From the NCBI GenBank assembly GCA_041163465.1, contig JBEARC010000091.1, forward strand, positions 8,364-72,363: a stretch of DNA of 64,000 nt, written 5' to 3'. Shown piece by piece: positions 27,461-37,537 of the stretch. The translations under genes were made by a program, and so were the position numbers. The first letter of the stretch is position 1. Every line of letters begins with the position of its first letter. Origin of the DNA: Bacteroidota bacterium (GTDB lineage: Bacteria; Bacteroidota; Bacteroidia; Flavobacteriales_D; Sanyastnellaceae). The notes beneath the pieces are model-generated. The model made no database searches. It was not told the origin of the DNA and was given only the letters and a program-made list of their open reading frames with translations.

Positions 27461-28226
27461 CCTGGAAAAATTCGTCTGGCGCTTCCGCGTGAAGCCAATG
27501 ACCTGCATCCCGAATGGTGTGGTGGTCCATTTGCAAAAATTGAGCTTCAAACTGTTCCAAATCTTTGTCAATCACATAGTTGCTTTTGCCACCGCGAATG
27601 AACAAGGCGGGAAGTGTGTTCATTCCGACTTCGATGGCTCCGACGATGTCTGACAACGCGGCCTGAAGGACGGGGACGTTGAACCGCCAAGCAAAACCAC
27701 CCATCTTGGCTCTGTGCAGTCCCTTCATGAGAAAAGGCACGATGACATTGCCTTCCGCGCCGATGTGATTTCGGAGAATTCCCTCCACCTCTTGACGGCT
27801 CTGCGCTTGGGATGGCTGGGTGGCAATCAACGCGTCAAAAATGGGTCCGTGATGCGGGGTGTAGGCTCGTGAGGCGATGTCCGCAACCACAATTTTGTGC
27901 AAACGATCGGGATAGTTCTCTGCCATATGCAGGGTCGTTTTCCCCCCCATGCTGTGCCCAAGGAGGCTGACTTTGTCCAATCCGCGGGCGTCCAAAAAAG
28001 CCAGCACATCTTCGGCCATGGCAGGGTAGGAGTGGATGGGGTTGTGTGGACTTCTCCCATGGTTCCTTGCATCAAGCATCCACACGTGATGCGTTGCAGC
28101 GTAGCGTTTGCCAAGCGTTTGCCAATTGTCAGAACTGCCCAAGAGGCCATGCAGAATCACCAAGTGTGGGGCGGAGGGGCCAGATTCGGAGGAGAGGTTT
28201 CGCGCGTGGAGGGGGACAGGAGTCAT
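27438..28226 (-). CDS. Alpha/beta-fold hydrolase (YbfF-like esterase).
   Basis: The ATG at 28226 gives MTPVPLHARNL.... Motifs are HLVILHGLLGSSDNW and the nucleophile elbow GHSMGG. The 3' end overlaps the trhO 3' end by 23 nt. Confidence 0.8.
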   Translation of the reverse strand: MTPVPLHARNLSSESGPSAPHLVILHGLLGSSDNWQTLGKRYAATHHVWMLDARNHGRSPHNPIHSYPAMAEDVLAFLDARGLDKVSLLGHSMGGKTTLHMAENYPDRLHKIVVADIASRAYTPHHGPIFDALIATQPSQAQSRQEVEGILRNHIGAEGNVIVPFLMKGLHRAKMGGFAWRFNVPVLQAALSDIVGAIEVGMNTLPALFIRGGKSNYVIDKDLEQFEAQFLQMDHHTIRDAGHWLHAEAPDEFFQVTADFLA

Positions 28227-28239
28227 GGGAGTGGAGGAG

Positions 28240-28962
28240 TCAATCCCACAGGGTGAGGCAGCCTTTGTATTGTGCAACAGCGTTGGCCATGCCCAACTCA
28301 AGGGCGTCACTGATCAATGCATGGCCAATGCTTACTTCCTGCAAGTGAGGAACATTCATGGCAAAGTCCCGCAAGTTGTGGAGATTCAAATCGTGACCGG
28401 CGTTCACACCCAATCCGGCTTGTTGGGCCCACATCGCTGCCTCGGCAAAGGGTTGGGCTGCAGCAGCACCCAAACGAACATGGGAATGGGCATAGGGTTC
28501 CGTGTAAAGCTCAATGCGATGGGCGCCAATGTGGGCTGCAGCTTCGATTTGGACGCGGTCTGTTTCGATGAACAGAGAGGTTCGAATGCCTTGGTCAGCG
28601 AAGGTTTTCAAAACGTCTGCGAGCCATTCTCGATGCTGAGTGACCTTCCACCCGGCTTGGCTCGTCAGAACCTCTGGAGCGTCAGGAACCAGCGTGACTT
28701 GGTCAGGCCGTACCTCACAGACCAAGTCGATGAAATCCGTCGTGGGATAGCCTTCAACATTGAATTCGGTATGCACGACCGCTTTCAAATCACGTACGTC
28801 TTGGTATGTGATGTGACGTGCATCAGGACGTGGATGTACCGTGATGCCATCGGCGCCAAACCCCTGAATCCGAACCGCAGAACGCACGACGTTGGGTTCG
28901 TCCCCACCTCGAGCGTTTCGCAGGGTGGCGATTTTGTTTACGTTGACGCTGAGCCTTGTCAT
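28240..28962 (-). CDS. pdxJ: Pyridoxine 5'-phosphate synthase PdxJ.
   Basis: The ATG at 28962 gives MTRLSVNVNKIATLRNARGG.... The product is 240 aa and ends ...EVSIGHALISDAL.... The track ORF's upstream extension is antisense to the CBS gene. Confidence 0.93.
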   Translation of the reverse strand: MTRLSVNVNKIATLRNARGGDEPNVVRSAVRIQGFGADGITVHPRPDARHITYQDVRDLKAVVHTEFNVEGYPTTDFIDLVCEVRPDQVTLVPDAPEVLTSQAGWKVTQHREWLADVLKTFADQGIRTSLFIETDRVQIEAAAHIGAHRIELYTEPYAHSHVRLGAAAAQPFAEAAMWAQQAGLGVNAGHDLNLHNLRDFAMNVPHLQEVSIGHALISDALELGMANAVAQYKGCLTLWD

Positions 28963-28965
28963 CCC

Positions 28966-28973
28966 TACCTTTG
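28966..28973 (+). promoter_or_regulatory. Candidate -7 box TACCTTTG, 22 nt upstream of the CBS-nadK operon ATG.
   Basis: Exact TAnnTTTG match within the 33-bp pdxJ/CBS divergent spacer. A TATTTTCG variant lies on the opposite strand (28984-28991) facing pdxJ. Confidence 0.35.
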
Positions 28974-28995
28974 GGTATTCACGCGAAAATACGTC

Positions 28996-29646
28996 ATGCG
29001 CGCTCAGAGAATTCTGTCCATGGACCTTCCAGTCCTGATGTTGACCGACCCAGTCCATCGGGCGCTTGCCTTGATGGATGAACTCAAGCTCGCCCACTTG
29101 GCCGTGGTCGAGGAGGATGTCTTCAAAGGGACGGTGTCGGAGTCGTCTCTGCTTGAGCACGATGATGACGCACTCATTGCAGAAGTGCCGTTTTCCCAGG
29201 ACTCTTTGTCCCCGGACGTCCACATTTACGACATTGTGGCTCGCATGGCCTGGGCCGAGGTGGACATGTTGCCCGTGGTTCAAGAAGGGTTGTATTTGGG
29301 GGCGGTGGATCGGTCCGGGGTGTTGAAATTTTTGGCCAAACGCGCGGGCTGGGGTTTCCCCGGCAGTGCCATCGTCTTGGAAATTCTGCCCAAAGATTTG
29401 AGTCCAACGGCTTTGATGCGCATTGTGGAGGCCGATGGAGCGCAGGTCACCAGCTTCAATGTGGCACCGCTCGAAAACAGTGAATTGCTGGAAGTCACGT
29501 TCAAAGTCAACACAGAGGAAATCGAGTCGCTGCTCGCCACGTTGCGTCGCCACGATTACCACGTGCAGAGTTTTTACAACGCGCCTGAAGTGGAAGATGA
29601 AATGAGGGCGCGGTTTGATGCATTCATGCGATTCCTCAATCCCTGA
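28996..29646 (+). CDS. CBS domain pair protein.
   Basis: The ATG at 28996 gives MRAQRILSMDLPVLMLTDPVHRALALMDELKLAHLAVV.... About 216 aa, in the conserved position between pdxJ and nadK. Confidence 0.75.
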   Translation: MRAQRILSMDLPVLMLTDPVHRALALMDELKLAHLAVVEEDVFKGTVSESSLLEHDDDALIAEVPFSQDSLSPDVHIYDIVARMAWAEVDMLPVVQEGLYLGAVDRSGVLKFLAKRAGWGFPGSAIVLEILPKDLSPTALMRIVEADGAQVTSFNVAPLENSELLEVTFKVNTEEIESLLATLRRHDYHVQSFYNAPEVEDEMRARFDAFMRFLNP

Positions 29647-29654
29647 TTGGTCTC

Positions 29655-30530
29655 ATGAGAATTGCAATCTTTGGCAAGGCGGTGTCGCCTGAGGATGCGG
29701 AAGCGCTGAGACATGCGCTCGCACGCGTCCTTTCCATGGATCCTTCCGCGCTCATCGCCCAGGCATACTTGGATGAGTTGTCGGACCACATGGAAGTTCC
29801 CCAAGGATTGAAGCCTTTTGAGGGCGAAGTACCTCATGGGGTGGACCTGCTGCTGGCCTTTGGTGGGGATGGGACGGTGTTGGAGTCGGCCACCTTGGTC
29901 CGACGAGGAGAAGTCCCCATTTTGGGCGTGAATACAGGGCGTTTGGGCTTTTTGAGCAACGTGAGCATGGAAGCGTTCGATTTGGCCATGGACGCGCTGA
30001 CCGCAGGAACCACGTGGATTGAAGAACGGGCTTTGTTGCATGTGGAGGTGTCCGATTCAGATGTCGGAGACTTCCCCTACGCCCTGAATGAAGTTGTCAT
30101 TCACAAGCGCGACACAGCCAGCATGGTGGTTGTCGATGTCCACCGTGATGAGAAGTTTGTCAACACCTATTGGGCGGACGGATTGCTCGTCAGCACCCCC
30201 ACAGGATCCACAGCGTATTCGTTAAGTGCGGGAGGGCCCATCGTGCTTCCTGGCTCTGAGGTCGTGGTCGTCACGCCGGTGGCGCCACACAATCTCAACG
30301 ACCGACCGCTTGTCGTTCCCCTGGAAGGTGAAATCACCCTTGTGGCAGGAGGCAGAGACGCCCAGTTTTTGCTGAGCATGGACAGCCGCTCCTTTCCTCT
30401 TGAACCGGGGCGTGAAGTCGTCATTCGCCCAGCAGATTTTCGCATCAAGCTTGTCAACCTGGAGCATCAAGACTTTTTTTCCACCGTTCGTCAAAAAATG
30501 CATTGGGGACTAGACCCAAGAGAGCGCTGA
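29655..30530 (+). CDS. nadK: NAD+ kinase.
   Basis: 291 aa carrying GGDGTVL and VNTGRLGFL. Confidence 0.92.
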   Translation: MRIAIFGKAVSPEDAEALRHALARVLSMDPSALIAQAYLDELSDHMEVPQGLKPFEGEVPHGVDLLLAFGGDGTVLESATLVRRGEVPILGVNTGRLGFLSNVSMEAFDLAMDALTAGTTWIEERALLHVEVSDSDVGDFPYALNEVVIHKRDTASMVVVDVHRDEKFVNTYWADGLLVSTPTGSTAYSLSAGGPIVLPGSEVVVVTPVAPHNLNDRPLVVPLEGEITLVAGGRDAQFLLSMDSRSFPLEPGREVVIRPADFRIKLVNLEHQDFFSTVRQKMHWGLDPRER

Positions 30531-30571
30531 ATTCCGGGCAATGAAGCCTAATTTCGTGCGTTGTACCTCCT

Positions 30572-31456
30572 ATGCGTTTGTTCTCTTTGCCATCCATGAT
30601 TCTCCAACCCATCGTGCTCTGTGCCTTGGGAGTGATTGTGGCCTTGCAGCCACTGGATGCGTGGGCTCAAATGAACCGCAGAGGTGGAAGCAAGGAGATG
30701 GGTTACCAACTCGGCACCATGTGGTACACGGGCGACTTGAACCCGACCAATGTGTTTCGAGGAAGCGCTCATGTGGCCCAAGGCTTGTATTACCGACAAA
30801 ACATCAATGCGCGGGTGTGCGTCCGGGGGCAGTACATGCAGGGAACCATTGAGATGTGGGACGCTGATCATCCCAACTTGTGGCAACAACAGCGCAACTT
30901 GCATTTTCGCAACGAGATTTCTGAGTACGCCCTGTTTGTGGAGTTGAATTACCGGAACCACGTGGTGGGGCAACCCACCAGCCGGGTCGTTCCTTTCATT
31001 TATTCAGGCCTTGCCGTGTATGCCCACGACCCCGAAGGCCAAGATGACTTTGGCAATTGGCAGCCGCTCCAACCCTTGGGCACCGAGGGACAGGGATGGT
31101 TTCAAGATGTGGAGCCCTATTTGCTTGGTGGTGTCGCCTTGCCTTTTGGCATCGGTTGGAAGGGGACATTGGGGACGGCCATGTCGTTCCAGGTCGAATA
31201 TGCGTGGCGGAAGGTGTGGACCGATTACCTCGATGATGTGAGCACCGTATACATGAACCCATCGTTGCTTCGGGAAGCGCGTGGCCAAATCGCGGTGGAT
31301 TTTGCGGACCGCGCCTTGTCGCACAACCTTCCCCAAGGTGCGCCCATCGAAGGCTTGCAGCGCGGAGACCCCGGACGGAACGACCGCTACGGGTATTTTT
31401 TGTTCTCTTTGGGATTTCGGGTCTCCAAAAAGGCCACAACTTGCTGGGAGCAATGA
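30572..31456 (+). CDS. Outer-membrane beta-barrel-like protein (DUF6089-like).
   Basis: 294 aa with a signal peptide ending ...DAWAQ. It is aromatic- and Gly-rich and occupies the conserved nadK-uppS slot in Flavobacteriia-type genomes. The family name is from memory, not from a search. Confidence 0.5.
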   Translation: MRLFSLPSMILQPIVLCALGVIVALQPLDAWAQMNRRGGSKEMGYQLGTMWYTGDLNPTNVFRGSAHVAQGLYYRQNINARVCVRGQYMQGTIEMWDADHPNLWQQQRNLHFRNEISEYALFVELNYRNHVVGQPTSRVVPFIYSGLAVYAHDPEGQDDFGNWQPLQPLGTEGQGWFQDVEPYLLGGVALPFGIGWKGTLGTAMSFQVEYAWRKVWTDYLDDVSTVYMNPSLLREARGQIAVDFADRALSHNLPQGAPIEGLQRGDPGRNDRYGYFLFSLGFRVSKKATTCWEQ

Positions 31457-32223
31457 CCACCCCTCGAATTTCACTGAAGGAGCGTGAGCGTGTGCTGCGG
31501 GCAGAGGGGATTGACCCCCATCGGATTCCCGAGCATGTGGCCATCATCATGGATGGAAACGGTCGATGGGCCAAACGTCGTGGAGAAGCCCGCGTATTTG
31601 GCCACGCCCATGGTGTGGAGTCCGTGCGCAACGTGGTCGAGGCGGCGCTCGAATGTGGGGTTCGGGTTGTCACCCTGTATGCATTCAGCACGGAGAATTG
31701 GAACAGGCCCAAAGAGGAGGTCGACGCCTTGATGGACCTCTTGGTGAAAACCCTGGTGGATGAGGCGGTGGAATTGGGAAGCAAGGGTGTGCGATTGCGG
31801 GCCATTGGCGATTTGGCATCGCTGCCTCACGCTTGTCAAGAGGAACTAGAACGTGCAAAGAAGGGTCCCGAAGGTGAGGTGCTTCTCGATGTGGTTTTGG
31901 CCTTGAGCTACAGTGCAAAATGGGAAATGGTGGAAGCCATTCGCCAAATCATGCGCGAAGGTTTGAGCCCAGAACAGGTGCTGCCTTCCACCATCGACAA
32001 GTACCTCCAAACCGCCGATCTTCCGGACCCAGAATTGATGATTCGGACCTCGGGAGAACACAGAATCAGCAACTTCATGCTTTGGCAGTTGGCGTATGCC
32101 GAGTTTCATTTTACCTCTGTGTTGTGGCCAGACTTTAGGAAGCGTCATTTCATGGATGCCATCCGAGATTTTCAGCATCGCGAGCGTCGTTTTGGCGCCT
32201 TGCCCAACCTCAACCAGGGATGA
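31453..32223 (+). CDS. uppS: Isoprenyl transferase (undecaprenyl diphosphate synthase).
   Basis: The ATG at 31453 overlaps the previous gene's stop as ATGA. Motifs are HVAIIMDGNGRWA and AFSTENWNRP. Confidence 0.93.
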   Translation: MTTPRISLKERERVLRAEGIDPHRIPEHVAIIMDGNGRWAKRRGEARVFGHAHGVESVRNVVEAALECGVRVVTLYAFSTENWNRPKEEVDALMDLLVKTLVDEAVELGSKGVRLRAIGDLASLPHACQEELERAKKGPEGEVLLDVVLALSYSAKWEMVEAIRQIMREGLSPEQVLPSTIDKYLQTADLPDPELMIRTSGEHRISNFMLWQLAYAEFHFTSVLWPDFRKRHFMDAIRDFQHRERRFGALPNLNQG

Positions 32224-34832
32224 CGATTGACAGAATGAAGGGGTTGAAGACGGGTGCTATTCAGGCCAGGCATTGGCTCGTTGGGGCATGGTGTGTGGCG
32301 GCCGCATGGCTTGTCCCGGGATTCCTGCCTGGTGGTGGCGAGGCTTGGGGCCAAATCGAGGCCCCGGAGTGGATCAATCTGTCAGCCCCGACCACTTACA
32401 ACGTGGCTGGTTTGAGCGTGCTTGGTGCGGAACATACCGACGTCCAGGCCATCAAATTGTTCAGCGCCCTTCAAGTGGGTCAGAGCATTGAAATTCCAGG
32501 AGAAGCCGTACGCCGGGCCATCACCAATTTGTGGGATCAAGATTTGTTCGCGGACATCCAAATTGAGGTGGCTGAAGTGCGTGGTCGCGATGCGTATCTG
32601 GTGATTCGCGTTCGCGAATTGCCTCGATTGACCCGCTACACAATCACCGGGGTGGGACGTTCAGAGCAGGAGACTGTCAAGGGGAAAATCGATCTGTTGA
32701 CGGGACGAATTGTGGACGATAACGTGAAGGCGGTGGCGACCAAGCGTATTCGCGATCACTACATCGACAAGGGGTTTTTGGATGTGCAAATCAACATCGA
32801 GGAATTGCCTGACACGCTGTTTGCCAATGGTTCAAAGCTGCGCATAGACATTGACAAAGGCGACAAGGTCAAAGTCAACCAGATTGTCTTTCATGGGGTG
32901 GAGGCGTTTGAACCTGAGCTCTTGGCCCGAAAGATGAAGGATACCAAGGAGCGACGTTGGTGGCGATTCTACAAGCCCTCCAAATACCTTGAGAATTCCT
33001 TTTTGTCTGATTTGGACAAGGTGGTGAACCATTACCATGCGGAGGGCTACAGGAATGCCCGGATTCTTGCGGACAGCTTGCGTCGAGACGATGAGGGACA
33101 GGTTCGCTTGGACGTGTACGTCGAGGAGGGTAGTCCCTTTTATTTTGGAGACATCACATTCACGGGAAACACAAAGTACAGAACGACCCAACTCGACAGC
33201 TTGCTCGACATCAGGCGCGGGGAAGTGTTTAGCTTGGCTCGCCTTGAAACAAGGGTGTTCATGGACCCCAAGGGAATGGACTTGAGTTCGCTGTACCAAG
33301 ACGATGGCTACCTGACCTTCCAAGCCCGTCCATTGGAAAAGCGGGTGGTGGGGGACACCATCGACATCGAGATTCGAATGATGGAGGGGCAGCAGTTTCG
33401 CATTGGCCGTGTGTCAGTGCAGGGGAACAGCAAGACCAACGATCATGTGATTTACCGCGAAATCCGCACCCGACCCGGCGATTTGTTCAGCCGAACAGAC
33501 ATCATCCGGACCCAACGCGAGCTCTCCCAATTGGGCTACTTCAATCCCGAGGCTTTTGGCGTGAATCCCATTCAACATCCCGAAGACGGCACGGTGGACA
33601 TTGAATACACCGTGGAGGAGAAGCCATCGGACCAGATCGAGCTCAGCGGCGGATGGGGTGGCGGCCGCGTGGTCGGAACCTTGGGCATCAGCTTCACCAA
33701 TTTTGCGGCGTCTCGGATGTTCAACAAGGGAGCGTGGAGACCCATCCCTACTGGCGATGGACAGCGTTTGTCTCTTCGAGCACAGTCCAACGGGCTCTAT
33801 TTCCAGAGTTACAACTTCAGTTTCACCGAGCCATGGTTGGGCGGTAAGAAGCCCAATTCATTGAGCTTCAGTGTGTGGCGATCCATTCAATCCAATGGTC
33901 AACCCCGGCTTGTGGAAGGGGAAATCAATGAGGCGCGCCAATCCCTTCAAATCACGGGAGCCCAATTGGGATTGGGCCAGCGATGGAAAAAGCCGGATGA
34001 CTGGTTTGTCTTCCAAACTGCGCTGTCCTACCAGCATTTCAATCTGAACGATTTCGGGTCCTTCTTCAGTTTCAGCAACGGCCGGGCCAACAACTTGGCT
34101 TTGACGGCTGTCGTTGGCAGGAATTCGGTGAGTGACCCCATATTCCCGGTCTGGGGTTCCAACATTGAAGTTAGTGTCAAGGCCACTCCGCCCTACAGTG
34201 CGTTCCGTCCGGATGATTTCTACCAAAACGAGGATGGCACATCCGTCGATGACCAAACCAGGTATCGTTGGGTGGAGTACCACAAATGGAAGGTCAAGGC
34301 CGAATGGTTCACGCCTTTGACCCAGAGTGGAGGGGAAAATCCGAAGAGTTTGGTGTTGCGAACGGCGGCGGGATTGGGCATGATTGGGCAGTACAACCGC
34401 GTGGCGGGCTTGTCTCCGTTTGAGCGCTTCTACCTCGGCGGTGTCTTTTTGAGCGGATTTGTCTTGGATGGTCGGGAAATTCTGAATCTCCGTGGTTACG
34501 ATGACTTGAGTTTGACCAATCCCGACCGCAACACGGGAGCCCCTGTGGTCGCGAAGTACAGTGCAGAGTTGCGGTACCCACTTAGTACCAATCCAAGCGC
34601 AACCATTTACACCCTGGCTTTTGTGGAGGGTGGAAATACGTGGGAGGACCCTCGTGCGTTGAATCCATTCCAAGTCTATCGTTCGGCAGGCGTGGGGCTT
34701 CGGATCTTCCTGCCGATGTTTGGTTTGCTCGGATTGGATTACGGATGGCGTTTGGATGACATTCCAAGCGTGCCCAACATGGCCCGCGGCCAATTCCACT
34801 TCTCCATGGGTATGAACATGGGAGAGCTTTGA
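32220..34832 (+). CDS. bamA: Outer membrane protein assembly factor BamA.
   Basis: 870 aa with POTRA repeats followed by an Omp85 barrel. The start overlaps the uppS stop as ATGA. Confidence 0.93.
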   Translation: MTIDRMKGLKTGAIQARHWLVGAWCVAAAWLVPGFLPGGGEAWGQIEAPEWINLSAPTTYNVAGLSVLGAEHTDVQAIKLFSALQVGQSIEIPGEAVRRAITNLWDQDLFADIQIEVAEVRGRDAYLVIRVRELPRLTRYTITGVGRSEQETVKGKIDLLTGRIVDDNVKAVATKRIRDHYIDKGFLDVQINIEELPDTLFANGSKLRIDIDKGDKVKVNQIVFHGVEAFEPELLARKMKDTKERRWWRFYKPSKYLENSFLSDLDKVVNHYHAEGYRNARILADSLRRDDEGQVRLDVYVEEGSPFYFGDITFTGNTKYRTTQLDSLLDIRRGEVFSLARLETRVFMDPKGMDLSSLYQDDGYLTFQARPLEKRVVGDTIDIEIRMMEGQQFRIGRVSVQGNSKTNDHVIYREIRTRPGDLFSRTDIIRTQRELSQLGYFNPEAFGVNPIQHPEDGTVDIEYTVEEKPSDQIELSGGWGGGRVVGTLGISFTNFAASRMFNKGAWRPIPTGDGQRLSLRAQSNGLYFQSYNFSFTEPWLGGKKPNSLSFSVWRSIQSNGQPRLVEGEINEARQSLQITGAQLGLGQRWKKPDDWFVFQTALSYQHFNLNDFGSFFSFSNGRANNLALTAVVGRNSVSDPIFPVWGSNIEVSVKATPPYSAFRPDDFYQNEDGTSVDDQTRYRWVEYHKWKVKAEWFTPLTQSGGENPKSLVLRTAAGLGMIGQYNRVAGLSPFERFYLGGVFLSGFVLDGREILNLRGYDDLSLTNPDRNTGAPVVAKYSAELRYPLSTNPSATIYTLAFVEGGNTWEDPRALNPFQVYRSAGVGLRIFLPMFGLLGLDYGWRLDDIPSVPNMARGQFHFSMGMNMGEL

Positions 34833-34872
34833 TGGAATTGAATGATTTGGCCCCACTTTTGAATTGACAACC

Positions 34873-35556
34873 ATGCACCACATCCTGAACACCATGACGC
34901 GATTGATGACCTTGTGCGCTGCCCTGTTCCTTGCAGGTTCAGTTCACGCCCAAAAGTTTGCCTACATCGACTCGGAGTATGTTTTGCTTCACATGCCTGA
35001 ATACGCGGAGGCCCAAACCGAGTTGAACAACTACGCCATTGAGTGGCAGGGTGACATTGAGGCCAAACTCGAGGCCGCCGACCGCCTGGAGGTGGCGTAC
35101 CGCGCCGAGCGAGTTCTTTTGACGGCGGAGATGCGGGTGAAGCGTGAAGATGAAATCGCCAAGAAGCGTGCCGAGGCCAAAGAGATGCAGAAGCAAAAGT
35201 TTGGCGTGGAAGGGGAGCTTTTCCAAAAGCGACAGGAGTTGATCGAACCCATCCAACAGCAAATTTTTGAGGCGTTGAAGGACATTGCCACAGGAAGTGG
35301 GTACATGGTCATCTTCGACAAGAGTCACCAAAGCAACATGCTGTACACCAACCCCAAATACGACATTTCTGAGCGTTTGATCAAGAAATTGGGGTATGTG
35401 CCGGGTGAAACGGTGGAACCTCAGAATGATCAAGGGGGAGGCAAAAGTTTGGAGGAGCGAGGAAGAGAGGCCATCGACGGCGCCAAGGACAACGCCCGAG
35501 ACCGGATTGACGATGCGCGTGGGGGTGGGGTCACCAAGCCCGGGGGCAAGAATTGA
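34873..35556 (+). CDS. OmpH/Skp family periplasmic chaperone (paralog 1).
   Basis: The signal peptide is MTRLMTLCAALFLAGSVHAQ (an alternative ATG at 34894 is possible). The body is a coiled-coil K/E/Q-rich region. It follows bamA. Confidence 0.85.
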   Translation: MHHILNTMTRLMTLCAALFLAGSVHAQKFAYIDSEYVLLHMPEYAEAQTELNNYAIEWQGDIEAKLEAADRLEVAYRAERVLLTAEMRVKREDEIAKKRAEAKEMQKQKFGVEGELFQKRQELIEPIQQQIFEALKDIATGSGYMVIFDKSHQSNMLYTNPKYDISERLIKKLGYVPGETVEPQNDQGGGKSLEERGREAIDGAKDNARDRIDDARGGGVTKPGGKN

Positions 35557-35633
35557 ACAAACGCGTCTTCTTTTCCAACCTCTTGAGAAGAGAAGGCCTG
35601 AATCCAAGAAATTTGAACATCGAGATGAACACC

Positions 35634-36128
35634 ATGAAGCATATTGCATTGTTCGCCATCCTGAGTGTGGCGGGTTGGAATGAGGGTTGGGCCCAAAAGT
35701 TGGGTCACGTCAACGCGCAAGAAATTTTATTGTCATTGCCTGAGCGTGCCGATGCCCAACAGAAGATTGAATCGGCGGCCGCCGAATACGAGGGTGAATT
35801 GACCCGGATGCAGTCGGAGTTGGAGACCAAATTTGGAGAATACCAAGCCAAGGTGGCCACGTGGCCGGACGCGATTCGCCAGCAAAAGGAGCGTGAGCTT
35901 CAACAGCTCGACCAGGGTCTTCAAGAATTTAGCATGACCGTTCAAAATGATCTTGCTGTCATGGAGCAAAACTTGTTGGCCCCGATGATTGAGCGTGTGA
36001 GCAACGCCATTGAGGCAGTGGGCAAGGAACAGGGGTTCACCTACATCTTTGATGCCAGCACAGGCGTGACGCTCTACAACGGCGGCACGGACGTGAGCGA
36101 CTTGGTGAGGACCAAACTTGGCATGTGA
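35634..36128 (+). CDS. OmpH/Skp family periplasmic chaperone (paralog 2).
   Basis: The ATG at 35634 gives MKHIALFAILSVAGWNEGWAQKLGHVNAQEIL..., followed by a coiled-coil body. Confidence 0.85.
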   Translation: MKHIALFAILSVAGWNEGWAQKLGHVNAQEILLSLPERADAQQKIESAAAEYEGELTRMQSELETKFGEYQAKVATWPDAIRQQKERELQQLDQGLQEFSMTVQNDLAVMEQNLLAPMIERVSNAIEAVGKEQGFTYIFDASTGVTLYNGGTDVSDLVRTKLGM

Positions 36129-36144
36129 GGATTCCACCTCGCGC

Positions 36145-36960
36145 ATGAAGTACACGTCCAGGGCCCATGCGCCCATTGGCATGTTTGACTCAGGAATTGG
36201 CGGCTTGACCGTGGCCAAGTCCTTGATGGAGAGGCTTCCATTGGAGTCCTTGCACTACGTGGGAGATACGGCCCACATGCCTTACGGCGACAAGAGTCCC
36301 GAGCGTCTTCGGGAATACGCAACTGGCATCACGGAACGTCTCTGTGCGTCTGGCTGCAAGTTGATTGTGGTTGCTTGCAACTCTGCGTCGAGCAACGCCT
36401 TGGAGGAGATTCGTCGAACAGCAGGCGACATTCCCGTGGTGGATGTGGTTCACCCCGTGGTGGATTGGGCAGTTGAGCACCATCCTCGGGGGCATTTGGC
36501 CTTGATTGGGACCCGTGCAACCGTGCAGAGCGGGGTGTACGATGCGTTGATGACATCCCAGGGTTTACGCGTGCATTCCATGGCGACGCCCCTTCTTGCC
36601 AGTGCCATTGAGGAGGGTTTTCACAACGGGACGCTGTCAAGGGCAGTGGTGGAGGCGTATTTCGCGGATGGATGGGCCTCGGACAAGGAGGCCTTGGTTC
36701 TGGCCTGCACCCACTACCCGTTGGTCATGGATGAAATCCGTGCGCAATTGCCTGCAGGAATGGCGATTTTGGACGCTCCACGTATTGTGTCGGAACACGT
36801 GGCCACACTTCTTGCGCAGCATGAACTCCTTGCTCAAGAGGGACCGGCGAAGCACCGCTTTGAGGTGACCGATTGGACGGCCTCATTTGCTGCGGGCGCC
36901 TCACACATCGTGGGTCGTCCTGTGGACTTGCATGAGGTTCCTTGGCCTGAAGGCCAGTGA
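36145..36960 (+). CDS. murI: Glutamate racemase.
   Basis: The ATG at 36145 starts the gene. Motifs are GMFDSGIGGLTV, VVACNSAS and LACTHYP. Confidence 0.93.
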   Translation: MKYTSRAHAPIGMFDSGIGGLTVAKSLMERLPLESLHYVGDTAHMPYGDKSPERLREYATGITERLCASGCKLIVVACNSASSNALEEIRRTAGDIPVVDVVHPVVDWAVEHHPRGHLALIGTRATVQSGVYDALMTSQGLRVHSMATPLLASAIEEGFHNGTLSRAVVEAYFADGWASDKEALVLACTHYPLVMDEIRAQLPAGMAILDAPRIVSEHVATLLAQHELLAQEGPAKHRFEVTDWTASFAAGASHIVGRPVDLHEVPWPEGQ

Positions 36961-37015
36961 TTCGAACTTGGTATGCGGACCATGCACGCATCTCGTGCTC
37001 CTCGAACGGTCCGAT

Positions 37016-37537
37016 TCATTCCTCCTGAAACCAGCTCGCATAGGTTACGTAGCGCTCGGCTGTGGCTGAAACGTGCTCTTTCAACGTGGCATTGACGGCT
37101 CCTTTGCACACGGCAGGGACGCCTGTCCACAACTCTCCTGGCCCGATGACGGTGCCGGCAAGGACCACGGCCCCTGCACCCACGACCGCCCCTGCGCCTA
37201 CGACCACGTGATCCATCACGATGGCACCCATTCCGATCAATGCACCTTTCCCTACATGGGCGCCATGCACAATGGCATTGTGGCCAATGCTTGCATCATC
37301 CTCGAGGACTGTTTGGCTCGATTCAAACGTTCCATGGATGACGGCACCGTCCTGAATGTTGACGCGACTTCCCACGCGAATGGGTGCGACATCCCCTCGC
37401 ACCACGGCCTGAAACCACACCGTGCTCTCTGATCCTAGTTCCACGTCACCGACGACTGTGGCGTTGGGGGCCAACCAGACGTCCTCTTCGATTTTTGGGG
37501 TGAATCCCCTCAGTGCCAAAACACAAGCCATGGTCAA
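37016..37537 (-). CDS. Gamma-class carbonic anhydrase family protein (left-handed beta-helix).
   Basis: 173 aa with hexapeptide repeats and ...PIRVGSRVNIQDGAVIHG.... Confidence 0.85.
   Translation of the reverse strand: MTMACVLALRGFTPKIEEDVWLAPNATVVGDVELGSESTVWFQAVVRGDVAPIRVGSRVNIQDGAVIHGTFESSQTVLEDDASIGHNAIVHGAHVGKGALIGMGAIVMDHVVVGAGAVVGAGAVVLAGTVIGPGELWTGVPAVCKGAVNATLKEHVSATAERYVTYASWFQEE

Noticed and set aside
28108-28995. N-terminal 296 codons of the 512-aa plus-strand ORF (the extension of the CBS gene).
   Set aside because: This part is antisense to the hydrolase gene and pdxJ. The CBS protein has a sensible ATG at 28996, preceded by a TAnnTTTG box. The reciprocal extension of pdxJ (28963..29562) is likewise antisense to the CBS gene.
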